Below are positions 13,601 through 27,460 of a DNA stretch of 64,000 nucleotides, in pieces. Origin of the DNA: Bugula neritina (Eukaryota; Animalia; Bryozoa); NCBI GenBank assembly GCA_964035545.1, contig OZ037768.1:16599875-16663874 (forward strand). The letters run 5' to 3'. Numbering within the stretch: position 1 is the stretch's first letter; every line of letters begins with the position of its first letter. The notes under the pieces are model-generated. The model had not been told where the DNA came from. It saw only the letters and a list, made by a program, of their open reading frames with translations, and ran no database searches. A program made the translations under genes and the position numbers.

Positions 13601-16600
13601 GCAGATAACACAATGAGTCATACACCAACTAAACAGTTAAGTTATATGCATTGTAGTAACAGAAATTTGCTTTTTGGAGGTCAATAATTATGTAACATAG
13701 AATAGTATAGAAGCTTTTACAGCATGCAGTAATAATATTACAATATTAGGTAACCACAAATACATATTTTTCACAATATACTATTTACTCTTGCCTTTGC
13801 TGTGTTTCAGCCTTAATTACCATTGTTACTATTGCTGGCATTTCAGATCTACCTTTAAAAAACATGCATCAACAATGTTATTCAATATGCATTAAAAAAA
13901 TGGAAGTGATTATTTCCAATACCTATAAGCAATGTTTCCATTGAATTTTGGGCTATTCTAAATAGGCAGTCATATATTTACTGCACATTTCTTCATTCAC
14001 ATATCTGAACTTACTTCATAAACTTTTAGGTCAGTAAGTGCTAATATGTATGCATAAACAAATGGTGATGAAGCATAGTAAATATACCGTTGTTTTCAAC
14101 ATTCAAAATATTATTTTTAAAGCTTACCATTCTTCTTACTCCAGCACTCCTTGTTGAAAAACTTAAAATAATAATTCTGTGGTACAAAAGAAACGTAATT
14201 TTCAATGTTCATAACAACACATAATGTACGCATGTATAAAGCAAGTTATTCACTGTTTCATGCAAATTTGAGCTGATAACAAAGTTTGTCACTCCTGTAG
14301 ATACTTCATAACCTTGGCTTGAGTTTAGAAGAGTTTTAAACAAGTTTTAGTTCAAACTTAATTTTTTTTAAAATAAAAGTTGGGGCGTTTTTTAATAACA
14401 ACAATTCAAAAAAGATGTGTCACTCCTGAACTTACTTTAGCACTCAACCTTGTGTTTGCTAGTATTATGCACTCTAGCTTGAGTTTGTCAGTTTTTTTTT
14501 AAAAAATTTGGTTGAAACTCTTTCACATTAGACCTGGCCTCTAAACGTTACATCATCAATGTTCGTTTTTAAGTTGAAGTGTGGCAACCATATATTGCCA
14601 ATAATTTTTATTTATGTATGATGATTCTAGCTGCAGTATACTATTATCCATTTTTTAATGTTATTTTCTTACACACATTATTACTCTTAAAACTTATATA
14701 AATATAACCAATGATGTGTGTAGAATATAGTTCTATATTTATAGTTTTTTAAGATACACCAAAATAAAACTAAATTATAACAGAAGAAATAATTTTTATG
14801 ATAACAATGTGTACTGTTTGGTTTTACCAAATTTACTTAAAGTTTCTTCTCTTGCTGATCTCTCAGTTTAGTGGTGAGTTCACAGGTTCCCAAGATATCA
14901 ATATTGTAATGAGCAGCGGATAGTGTATTTTTGGTGACCGAAGAGTTGGTGATCCTAGCTTCTTCCAACTTTCTAATAAAATGAAGTTGTCTCTAGCTCT
15001 AGTGTCGACTTCTAGAAATAATGATTGAATTCAAAGTTGCAAACTCAGTTGGAGTTGTGGAATTGCGTTTACCATATTTGAGGCTTTCATAATCTTCAAG
15101 AACTTGTTGACCCTATATTTCTTCTTCCGCGGCAAGATTTCCAAAAATTTTGCGGTAGTTACATGAAGAACTCTTGTGCCGCCTGCAGTTAATAGAGAGA
15201 GGAATTGATTTATCACCGTAATAGCAATGTATTCACTGTTTGTAAGCAAATTCAAATTTCTGTATCAAAGTTTGTAACACCTGTATAAGTTATGTGAAAA
15301 TTCTGGCTTGAGGTTACAAGCTTGTTAAACACGCTTTGGTTGAAACTAACAACTACAGCATTAATGTTCTTCTTCATCTACACCGTAAATTATTTATATT
15401 TTGTTATTTATGTCAAATTGTTCTTGCTATGTATAACTCTCATGCAATTTATTGTTTAACGATTTTTTCCTTGCACACATTATATATTAAACTTCTAAAA
15501 AAGCAATACATCATGCTATAATTGCTCCGCCCACCTAAATGCTTCTAGTCACAATTTTTTGAGAGATGCTTTCATAGATGTACAACATTTTCAAAATATA
15601 CTTTTAATATCAAACTCAAATTACTCTTGTAATTGTATACTTAAAATTTCATGATACCCTCTTGAAAATTAGTGAACCCCTGTATACTCAACCTTTTTAA
15701 GCAAGAAGCCTCCTAGATCCAAAAAGTTATTTGCATATTTGAAATTGGCAGAATGTTGGCTTTGGAGTGATATATAGCAACAGAGGTTAGAGTAATTGTG
15801 CTCTACTCGCCCAGTGTTGCATGTTGGCACCCCCACCATATAGCATATTTTAAAAATTCATAGCTTATGGTGCACAACAATATAGTTTGCCAGTATAACT
15901 GTTTCATATAAGAGGGTTTATCGACTTCACACATAGTAACATGGTCTGTATATAGCACCTTGCAAGCTGTAGAACATATAATATATAGAAAAGGATATAT
16001 ATGAAAAAAAAATTATTTAATAATTTTGATGCATCTTTTTTTAACATTTTACTTTAATATGTTTTCAATCAGAACCATTATTTTACAAGCATAGAAAATG
16101 TCATAGATTTTCACATTCAAAGAGCTAAATTATTCTATTAATACTATAATAGTGTGCTGAACCAAAATAATATTATATTAAATAATGATTATTTCAAACT
16201 TGATTAAAAGAATATTTACAACTTGGTTTCGAAAAATTTTCTGATATTAAAATCTGTCAATTTTAGATTGGAACAAATTGAGCTTCTTATATGGCTTCAA
16301 ACACTTAGTATAACATGTCAATTGAATAATGAGTCATAATTTGGAGGTAGAAATTTGACATGTAAAATCTCGTTGAACTTTTTAATGCGACTTTGTAGTT
16401 AAACTAGTAGGTATATACTTTATAAAAAGCCAATTTAAAAAATAATCATAATGCTATTGTCGATATAATTTGCTATTTTTATTTCTAAAGTTTTATGTAA
16501 CATGTCCATAAAATCGCTACATAAAAACATTTGGATTATTATTATTATAAAAAATTATTTTCCTTGTTTGCTTTTAAGTGGGTGTAAATTAATAACGTAT

Positions 16601-16970
16601 TAATGAGCATTGTGTTCAGTTTCATAACAAACAATGCTATACTCTTATCTTAGAATTTGAACATGCATACGTATCTTGTATGTAAATATCCATCAGATCA
16701 TATTTTACCCAACAACTGCTGTGTAAATTAAATACATGGACACTCAAGAGACTGCATAAGCTGAGAGAAACTTTTTTGAAATTACCGGTTATTTTTCGAA
16801 TTGCAGACAAGTATAATTACTAGAATATATAAATTAGAATGAATGAGACAAAATAATAGATGCGATACAAGAAATTTATTTGTAATTTTTCCTTTCATAT
16901 AAATATAAATATCATAGTCCGTATAATCATTCCAGTCATCATCAACAATATTATCATCTTGTGGAATTTA

Positions 16971-17691
16971 TTAGATGGTAGTTGTGATCTCCTTCATCTT
17001 ATCATTGCATGCATCTTCATCACAATGACATCTAAGGTGGTCAATTCCATCATTAACAAATGGATTCACTATTTTCTCACAATCATCTCCCTCTAAACTT
17101 GCTAGGGCAAAACTGCATCCTCTGTGGTAGGTTGTGGTGTCTCCATTTACTTCTAAAGTTGGTAAAAATAGCAAAATGCATAAATAAAAATTTTTTTCTG
17201 ATAAATGTATAGAGTAATTTTAAAATAATTTGAAATTTAAAAAATTTTCTAAATAAGTCTACCAATATTGCATATCATATAAATGCAATATTGACAATTA
17301 TTTTATGATACATACAGGCTTTAATTCTATTAAAATTTATTAAATGATAATTTAAGGTAAAGGTTTATGAAAGAAATTACTAGAATTACCTTCAGTGATG
17401 TAGCAGGCAGTCAAGTAGCTGGCACAATCAGACAGGTCATCTTCATTAGCTTCAGCTGCACAGTCAGTACATTGGTAGCACTTGATGGCATTTGTGCTGG
17501 CAAGAGTTGCTGTGAAATTAATAAATTTCCACAATAATTATTTTTAGCAAAGGCTAAATATTTTTTTGTCTATCGATGATAATAAAGATTTAAAATAAGA
17601 AATTTTATATAAAAATAATAATTAATAATTAATAAATAAGAATTATAATAAACTTACCAACAAAGAGAGCGAGTAGAAGTAGCTTGTTCAT
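16971..17691 (-). CDS. Ly6/uPAR (three-finger, quiver/sleepless-like) protein; exons 17691-17658, 17509-17390, 17152-16971
   Basis: Signal peptide MNKLLLLALFVATLASTNA, then IKCYQC...RGC...CHCDEDACN with 10 Cys; phase-1 GT-AG introns; AATAAA at ~16880-16875. Confidence 0.88.
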
Positions 17692-17724
17692 CTTGTCTGG
17701 TATTCTGTAGAATGTCTTCTCAGC

Positions 17725-17759
17725 GAATGATAATATTCTGTCTCTCACCAATTTATATA
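17725..17759 (-). promoter_or_regulatory. TATA box plus initiator of the Ly6 gene
   Basis: TATATAAA (17759-17752) about 30 nt upstream of TCATTC (17730-17725), which is about 35 nt before the ATG. Confidence 0.65.
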
Positions 17760-19879
17760 CTAATTCACTTGGCGCACAGCTCCTTTAGAAGTAGTGTTAT
17801 TATGTAACCAACTTTCAATATAAACACATATAAATGATATAGTGAATATATAAAGGTACCAGTAAGGGAAGATCAAGCTCTTATATGGTTCAAAGCAGCG
17901 TTTATTCACTAATCTAAAAGATAAAAGCTTTGAAATAATATAATATATCCTATAATATCTTATCCAATTTTAAGTTTGGGGATGTCTTTGATGTTGTAGA
18001 TGTTTATCATTAAGCAAACTACCATCTTTTAAGTATCTTTTAAGTAACTATTCTCAGCAACTCTGCTATATTAGGCTCAGCTATTATTTTGTGCATTTAA
18101 TAAATCAATAGATAAATTAATATTAAATTAAGGAAGCAGGCAGCATAGAGGTTATATTATAGTGCTGACTTAGTAAGCAAAGGTTTAGTGTTTGGATCCT
18201 CACTAAAAACAATTTGTCATGTTGAAAAGAGAGCATCTATAGCTCCTTTAAGCCACAATATTGAAATTAAGAAGCCTTAGCCAGCCTAAAAATTCTTTTT
18301 CATTAAAGGTTCTTGGACAGAAAAAACCGATGATGAACCTGTTTGAGTAGGTAACTTATTATGAAGCTTTCTTTGCACCAATTAACAGCTGTACAAACTA
18401 TATAGTCAACTGCGGGTATTATATTGCATGTGTGATACATAATATTTAACCCGGAATATCTGTTAGTTTCAGGAATTTGTCGAAACCGGGTATTGGCACA
18501 TATAATAAATTTATACCCATCTATAATATTTCACCGCATTTTCAGATGCGAGCATTCATATTTTATTTTTGATTATTTTTTGCCTAAATTGAGAAATTAT
18601 AAGCAGCAAAAGTGGACCAAATAACCTTCCATTATTATGTAATTAAATTATTACATAACAATTAGGTTATTTTTAGTTACATTTTCTGGGGAAATTAGCT
18701 ATTTGAAGTATTAATATCTATGAAACATGAAAGTATATTTGTATTATTTTAGCAGTTTTAATCTACGAAGACTAAGTTACAAATTGGAAACACACAATGG
18801 CTCTATAAATGCTAAATGAACTCAAAACTAAACTTGTTTGGTAGGAGTTGTGATCACCACCTATAATAATGGTTTATCTATAATATAGAATCTTGGCATG
18901 ACCGTTTTAGCAAGATCTAAAGTTAAAACAACTTTATAAAGTTGTTTTAACTGTAGATGTTGGTAGCTCAAACTCTGAATCACATGATCAAATATCCTGT
19001 TATACATTCCTTTGAAGATTTATTATAGCAACACTTATCACTGTACCCTGATATAGCACTTGTCTACTATACTACCAAGTTTTAGTACAAAGCTTGGAAT
19101 GCTGTATGATTATATATCATGTTACAACATTTACATCTAAATTATACCTACCAGTATTCCAGTATCACTGCAATATGGCATGATAATATTATACTGTATT
19201 GAGGTTTTCTTTTAATATTTTGCAAAGCAAAGATAAGTCAGTTTGTATGTATGTATATGGACTGATGAAATCAACTTAAATTGGCTTAAGTAATATAAAC
19301 TATTTAAATTATTTTTTTTTACTTTTCAAAGAATTTTGATTAACAAAACTCTATATATTACTCTTTAAATGCAACTGATATTTAGTATAATTTTATAAGC
19401 TTTATATAATATCAAGATACACCAAAATGAAACTAAATTGTAACAGAATAAATACTCTATGAGAATATGTACGATTTGGTTTCAACACATTTTATGGCAA
19501 TAAATAAAACATTCAGCATCAGCTAAAATTCATTATAGACTAATTTTAGACAATTACCAACATAATACAGCATGAAGCATTGCTAAGCTGCTAAATATAT
19601 TGCATAGGAAAGAAAAATCTATATAAGCTAATATAGTTTGCATACCTAGTTAGTTATGGGGAACACATACATATTACCATTATAATATGTTCATAAGATA
19701 ATTTACAGCAGAAAGGTATTATCAAAGTTGTGTGACAAAAATAAATATACTATATAATGATGGTCAGATTAAAGCAAGTATAAACACAACTTTTTCAGTA
19801 TACTGTCTGATTGAAAAATGCTTTAGATTTTCTGAAGGTCAGTTGTGACATACTTTAAAAAAGCTGCCAATAATATATG

Positions 19880-21460
19880 AAATGCATCCACTTGAAAGAC
19901 CACCAAATTATGGGCTTTGTTATATTGAAAAACTTGTATATAAAGTATGTCTGGTAAAAGCAGCCAATTTTGGTTTTATACAACCATATTTTCCATCATC
20001 TGAGACTTCTATGTCTGACACAAAAGGAGAGACTGGTATAGCTGAGCCCACAGATTCACAGTCACTGCTTCCTTTAAGTTCTCTTCCAATCATCTCTGGA
20101 TGCCAAGGACTCATGTGTCTTGGATATTTGTTCTGAGACTTCCTAATTACACCACAAAATACAAAATAGAGTCTTGGAGGTGAATTAATGACACAAAGAT
20201 ATACATAACACTTTATTAGTATTATTTATGAGAGATAAAACATTGCGTGTAAGAAAAATTAGAGTTGTCTTTCAAAATAGTTCAATGTCCTTAAGTGAAA
20301 ATCAAACTGACTAGAACTTGTACAACTTGTACTGAATATGACTTTAATGCTCAAAGGTCATGAGACTAGCTTGCATTTATTAATATGTTTATTGATAATA
20401 AGTAAGTGTTGGCATATTTTAGCCAGTCGCTAGTTTATGTTCATACTAATACAGGCTTGCAGTATTGTATTGAATTCTACAGTTATTGGGATATTATAGT
20501 TAACAGGTCAGAAGTATATGATTTTCATTAAACTATAAGTTTAAATGAACTGAACAATGGTTTTTTATTAGCCTTCCGTAGTTTTGGAAACTTTAACAGA
20601 GGCTGTGTGTGTTTGACATACATCTCCTCCTACAGTGAATCACTATTCCTGAGGTGAAAGGAGTTGGAGTATGAGTAGACGATGAGTCACTATCTCTTTA
20701 TTTTTTTCTCTACTGACTCTATTCTTTCTCTCAAGATCATACACATAAAGTGACACAGACATGGAGTCAATGTATTCATGGTCACTCATCTCTTCATCAT
20801 CATTCTCTCCTGGGTACCAGGTTTTCATAAGTCTTGGAAGGAGAGGTTCTTGTTGGGACCTACACATAACATAACATAGTATTATGCATAGTTATATGTT
20901 CGAATATGATTAAATAATTTTTATTCAGATGCAAGTTCTTATAATATACATCTCCTACACTATAAAAAGTGGTGTGTTTGCAGTGTATATTTAGCTTACG
21001 GAAATTCATATTATATTACTATTATTTATATTCTCAATAATTATACTACACTTACTGATTATCACTGATACGGTAGACTGATAGGCCCATCATAATTACA
21101 GAAGTCAAAATTAGTCCAGTCCAATCCAAACCTACAAAGTAAAATTTGAATCTTGCATAAGTATAAGTTAAACTTGAACAGCAGCCACATAAAATATAAA
21201 CGATATGCACTATGAGATTTTAATGCCGTTTGATTCTTACACTACAGTTTCAGATAAATAGCTAGTTTATAAAAACATATATGTAATTTTTTTTCTATAT
21301 TAAACTAAAGTACTAAAATCGTAGTTTTCATTAGTTTAGTGTTAAAATGTTGTTTAGCTTTGATTAATTTGCTAAAAATATACCATATACTAAATATATA
21401 AAAATGTTTCACCTGCATTTTGAAGATCAAATCACACAATAAGTAAGACAGCAGCTATAT
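19880..21460 (-). pseudogene. Most complete copy of the companion gene: putative exon 1 (donor at 21412), exon 21131-21056, exon from 20859, and one SSDCES exon (~20141-19920)
   Basis: Splice-like sites recur in paralogs. In-phase join MMGLSVYRISDNQ|SQQEPLLPRLMKTWYPGEND... ends in a stop at 20643; ORF 19920..20114. Coding status uncertain. Confidence 0.5.
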
Positions 21461-22175
21461 GATTATAAAGTCAAATTGTACAATAGTCTTAATAAATCTG
21501 AGAAATAGCTTCTATAGAGAAAAATTATTCGCAGAATTTTATTTGAACAAAGTTTAAGATGAATTCAACAATCAGAATGTAAGCAATGGCAGTCATGGCA
21601 ACAAGCTTCGATTTTTGAAATTAAATTTATTAATAAAAACACTCTATCTTATATGATATGCAATGCTAATGTTACATTTTTTGTATCAACAATATTAGTA
21701 TATTTATTATCTTTAATGTACAAAAATGGAAAATTTGTAAAATTAGCACAATAATAATACACTTACATATAATATGACATATTTAAGAGGAAATCAATAA
21801 CTTTAGAAAGTGGGTAGGCAACTTCCAATTAATGTATGGTTTACCAATTGATAGCCTACTATGTGATTAATTTTGCAACTTTTAATAAAAAATTTTTGGT
21901 CACATATAATTGTTGTCAAGGAGCAAGTGCAATCTGCACATCTAAATAAAGACATGCGGAAATGTGTATTTAGTGTTTAGGTTCAAATAAGGCAATATTT
22001 TAATTATATGAAAAATTATATTAAAGAAAATGAGCAGTGTTTATTTGGAGCTATTTATAAAATGGCATATTGAGAAGAGGGTGGGCAACTTTAATTTGAT
22101 GCACATTTTGTTATAGAAATGACCAACAAAAATAGTTGGGAAATGCGTAGGTTGTAACTTCGATTTAAGGTAGGT

Positions 22176-22264
22176 TCTACATTTTACAATCTACATAATC
22201 TACATTCTACATTCTACATTCTACAATCTACATTCTACATTCTACAATCTACATTCTACATTCA
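22176..22264. repeat. 7-bp (TCTACAT/TCTACAA)n microsatellite
   Basis: Read directly from the sequence. Confidence 0.9.
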
Positions 22265-23109
22265 ACCTATAGAATGATCAAAAGTTGCAGTCATGGTACC
22301 AGGATGACTTATTTCAAAATAGTTCATATCATTTTCAGCTTTAAAAGCATTTTTTAAAGACATAAGAGAAAGAAGCATGGTACTCCTTTTCAATAAATTA
22401 CTTTAAAATGTACAATAAATTGTATTCTTCTATAGTTATTGATGTATTGTACATAAATGACTTAGGTTTGTACTTAACATCATTTGTGCATATCTATTTT
22501 ATTTAATTAAATTGATTAAAAGTTCTTTAAGGGTTTGGTCTTCATTCGAAAACAAGAGTTGAATGAATAAATATTTCCTCCAATGATAATTGACCGGTTT
22601 CAAATAATGGGAGTTGTGTTCACCATTTTATCAATAAAGTCATAGTTGAACTTGTGCTTTTACTCATTCACAATGTGTAAACCGCAGACAACTTAATTTG
22701 TAAGACTATAAACTTACCCAGCCAAGTACTTGGAAATAGTTCAATTGCTATCACCAACCCAAACCCAATATGTTAGAGCTCTTATTGATGCAGAGTCCAG
22801 ATATTTTTCTTCTCGATAATCATATGTATGATAATGGACTGAAGGAAAGTCATATCTGTTGGCCAACAAATAATATATACACATAATTAACTAAAATAGA
22901 CTGCAACACATTTGAGCTAAACAAATATCTGCTGAATTATAATTGTAGTGCCAATGATATAGTTGCAAATGCATATGTTCAAGAAAGCATTAAATATATG
23001 TACATTAACATGTGCATTGTATAATAATTCCATATTTTAGCAACCGTCTAATAAAAATATGTTGTGATAATTATTATTACTAACAGTTTAATAGGAATTC
23101 TAAAATATC

Positions 23110-23569
23110 TTTGTGTTGATAGAAATTGGATTATCCAGATTGATTGTGGGAAACGAAATGACCGAGTTCACAGAAAGAATATTCTGATTTTGAGTAAAGT
23201 CTTCAATGGTGACAGGAGTTACCTTCTCAACATCATCCCATAAATAAGTGTCAGGTACTGCAGCTGACATACTGAGAAAGTGTTGAGTTTCTTTAGTCTT
23301 TAAAATCACTGAACCAGTGTTATATTGCCATACACCATGTTCAAAGATATGATTTGTTTCTTGCTCATAGTGATTAGGTGTTGCAAGAATTGCTTGATGT
23401 TCAATAACTACAACACAGCAAAGACTTATTAGATATTTATACTTATATAATTATAGACGCATTTACTTAAGTCTTGTTTCCACATGTTGTACACTGTTTA
23501 TAATTATTTAGTGACATATAATTTAAAGTTTTACATAATTTTATACTTACACAGTGGACACAAAGACAT
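23110..23569 (-). pseudogene. ZNF cluster copy D: micro-exon (23569-23551) and N-terminal exon (from 23407) truncated at ~23110; no finger exon
   Basis: MSLCPL micro-exon; ORF 23100..23309 loses homology after ISINTK; no C2H2 sequence between 23100 and the next unit. Confidence 0.8.
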
Positions 23570-26241
23570 GCTAGATGATCTGTACACAGCTGATAAGCAT
23601 GAATTGGATCTTAAAAAAAAAGTTGTTAAAAATAAAGTCTACATAAAAATTGCTAGTAAATGTAAACTGAATTAAAAAAAGTTCTACTGTTTATTATCTA
23701 AATACATATATAGTTTACAGCATGAATGATGTAAATAAAATTTACTAGCTTTGTTTTGTGTTGGCTATATAGTTGCAAAGCTTTCAGTAAAAAGCAGCTG
23801 TGTTATATTTAAATGCTGCATGATTGAACAATGGTGATAAAGGTTAACTTAGGCCAGAATTATTTTGTGAATAAATAATATGATATTTCAGTTTGGTTTT
23901 GCTAATTTATTGCAAAGATAAAATATATGATAGAAAGTAATATTAAGTTAAATTTGAATTGTAAAGGTTTAAAAACTGAAATTGACACAATTTGATGTTG
24001 ATTTTTCTCACTTAGAAAAACAAATTGGCGGGTTTTTAGGTAGCATTTACGTATGCTATGCTGTTGAATACTAGCCCTTTACATCTTTTTTTCTGAAAAA
24101 TAAAATTCTCAATAGAAATTACTAATAAATGTAAAATAAATTAGAAAAGTTCTACTGATTTTTGTTGTTGCTAGGATCTAATTGTATAGCAAATACAATG
24201 GCTGAATACAAAAAGGTACCTTTCAATAACTATAGGTTATGGTTGGATGATAATAAGATAGAATGCTTTACAGCGATAATTTTCCTGTTTATATAGAGAA
24301 CTGGTTGTCTGCAGTTTAGAGTAAAAACTGCATGACTTGTTGAATTTCAGGGTTAAAGTAAAATAGAAGCTTGTCAGTTATTTCTAAAATTTTCTACATC
24401 TTGTTTGCAATAATTAAATGTTATGCTTTTAACAGTTATAAGTAGAATATGTGACTCACATGTGCAATAATAATAACGTGAAACAGCTTAAAAACTTAGT
24501 GATGGTTTGAGTGCTAATTTTACAAAATGTTAATTTTGGTGTACAAACAGAAACAAATATGCTATTTTTGTTGACAAAAGGAATGTAACATTAGCATAAT
24601 CATATAAAATAGAGTAGTTTTGATAATATCTAAATTAATTTCAACAATCAAAGTTTGTTGCTATGACTGCCATTGTTTACATTCTGATTGTTGTACTTAT
24701 GTTAAACTTTGTTCAAAAGAAATTCTGCTGCTAAATTCTTTCCAGCTCTTCAGCAGATTTATTAAAACTATTGTACAATTCGATTTTATAACTGTTTAGC
24801 TGCTGTCTTACTTATTGTGTGATTTGCTCTTCAAAATGCAGGTGAGCCATTTTTATATATTGCTATTCTGTGAGCAGATAAATCAAAACTATAAACATTT
24901 AATCACATTAATCACTTTAATCATTTTAATTAGTATAAAAAACAAGTGTATATCAATGTTCATTATGTGCAAATGAACTTATAAGCATCTGACTGAGTAA
25001 CGGGAGGATTAATTGAAGAAACTTGTGTTAAGTTTGCGTGGAAATCTATTCTGAGGATGTTTCACCACAGTTAATTGTTGACATGTCTGTGATCAATTGG
25101 TTAGCTACACAACATTTGTAAAATAATTGAAGATTTTCGTTTATCTTAAGAATTTCATTGTTTACGTTTTTTGGTTCTATAAAACAACTAGGATCATATG
25201 CATGTAGATATGGGCTAGGCTTCCTAAACTGTGACTCTGTAAAACCTGTGAATTAATAATAGTTTGTGCCTAGAAAGAATCTTTATGAGGTTTTTCTCGC
25301 TTGAGTACAGTTGATTAGATAGCTTTTGAGTCTCTTCATTGTTTTATCAATGCAATTATTTTTTTTAACTTTTAAAATAAACTAAACTTTTAGTAACCAA
25401 ACAGGGTCCAATGGTTTGCTAATATCTATTAAAATTCCTAAAATTAAAGTTCTATAGATAAAAGCTGTGAGAGTATTGTTAGTAAATTGTATCAGCTCTA
25501 TCAATATTATTTTCTAAAGCCATATTGATTTGCTTTGAATAGCTCATTATTTTTCAAAATGTCTATTATTTGTTAATTCATTAGTTTTTCTAACATTCTA
25601 CTAAAAATAGAAAAAATAGAAATATACCTGTAATTTTCTGCAGATATCATAGAACCTGTTTAAAACCAGATTTATTCTTGGACATTTCAGTTTTGATAAA
25701 AAAATAGCTGTTTGTATACAAAGATATTTTTGCAAAATGTTTTGCATGAAATATTATTATTTTTGCTGATATACTATGTACTCAAGCTATGATGCTAAAA
25801 CTTCCAGTGCAGTGAGCTCTCATACTCAATCTGTGATCTGAGAGTAGATGTTTGTGGTGCAACAGATAAACATACATGAAATAACATTGCTGAGTCAACT
25901 TAACAAGACATATAAAAATATACACATCATGTTAACTGTAGTGAACAGTTTTTATAAATATTAATAGTCTGAAGGAAACTCATCTTTGATATTTGGGATA
26001 CTTAGTTTATTAGTTAGCTAATATAGAGATCAAAATGTCAATTCACGGCTCTTTAGCAGTGACTGTATTTGTCTGTTTTGGTTGCCTTCCTTGACCTTCT
26101 CGCCAACTCATATCTTTTGGTTAACAGTTAGATTACTTTAAAGATCAAAATTCAATATCACTTGATTGTTTAGTGTTCTTTCTTTTCAGCTGAAGTTTTT
26201 GAAGAGTATTCACTTAAAACACCACCAAGCAACAAGCTTTA

Positions 26242-27460
26242 TTACACCAAAGAAAGCTGATCTAAGTTACATCTGATAAAACCGGTTAATCTCGGTTTCA
26301 TACAACCATATTCTTCATCATCTGAGACTTTTATGTCTGATATGAAAGGAGAGACTAACATAGTTGATCCTACAGATTCACAGTCACTGCTTTCTTGACG
26401 TTCTCTTCCAAACATTTCTGCAGCTAAAAATACAAAAAGTGCACTCATTTGCCTGAAAGACCACTAAAAAGTTGAACTTTGTTATATCAAGGGGGTTGTA
26501 TAAAATACTTTTGATAAAACCGGTCAATCTTGATTTTACACAACCATATTTTTCATCATCTGAAACTTCTATGTCTGATATGAAAGGAGAGACTGGCATA
26601 GTTAAGCTCCGTGATTCATAGTCACTGCTTTCTTCAAGTTCTCTTCCAAACATTTCTGCAGCTAAAAATACATAAAGTGCATCCAATTGCATCTAAGACC
26701 ACCAAATTATGGGACTTTGTTATATCAACAAACTTTTGATATGCTTTAGAAAAGCTGCCAACAGTTCATGATATGCATCCATGTGAAGGACAGTCAAATT
26801 GTGGGCTTTGTTAGACCAAAAAACTTGTATAAGATACATCTTATAAAACCAGCTAACGTTGGTGTCATATAGTCATAGTCTTGTTTATCTGGCATAGCTG
26901 TGCCCACAGATTCACAGTCACTGCTCTCTTCAAGTTCTCTTCCAATCATCTCTGGGTACCAAGTCCTCATGTGTTTTGGACATTTGTTCTGAGACTTCCT
27001 AATTACACAACGAAGAACAAAAATATGGTCTTGGAAGTGATTTAATGACACACAGTTATACATAACACTTTGTTGGTATTATTTATGAGATAGTTAACTG
27101 CATGTAAGGAAAATTCGAGTTGTTTTTCAAAATAGTGCAATGCTTCTAGTAGTAGAAAATCAAACATGCAGTATTAAAAGCTTTAACACAGGTTACATGT
27201 GTGTGTTTGACATACTTTTCATCCTACATCCTTATATCACCATTCCTGAGGTGGAAGGTGTTGGATTATGAGCAGATAATGAGTCACTATTTCCATATTC
27301 TCTTCTCTACTGATTCTATTCTTTCTCAAGATCAGACACATAAGGTGACATAGACATGGAGTCAATATATTCATGGTCAGGTTCACTCATCTCTCCATCA
27401 TCATTCTTTCCTGGATACCAGGTTTTCATGCGTCTTAGAGGGAGAGTTTCTTGTTGGGAC
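26242..27460 (-). pseudogene. Companion acidic exon family: WYPGK exon plus three tandem SSDCES units
   Basis: ORFs 26242..26448, 26384..26692 and 26794..27063 are mutually similar, ~240-330 bp period. Confidence 0.6.

Noticed and set aside
14240-15520. Diverged local duplication with a possible - strand exon (~15181-14840)
   Set aside because: Stops in every frame I examined and no recognisable motif; cannot support a gene call.
18135-18250. tRNA-derived SINE-like heads (also ~15775-15830 and GGTTCGAGT at ~44827)
   Set aside because: Too degenerate to fold or to assign A/B boxes confidently.
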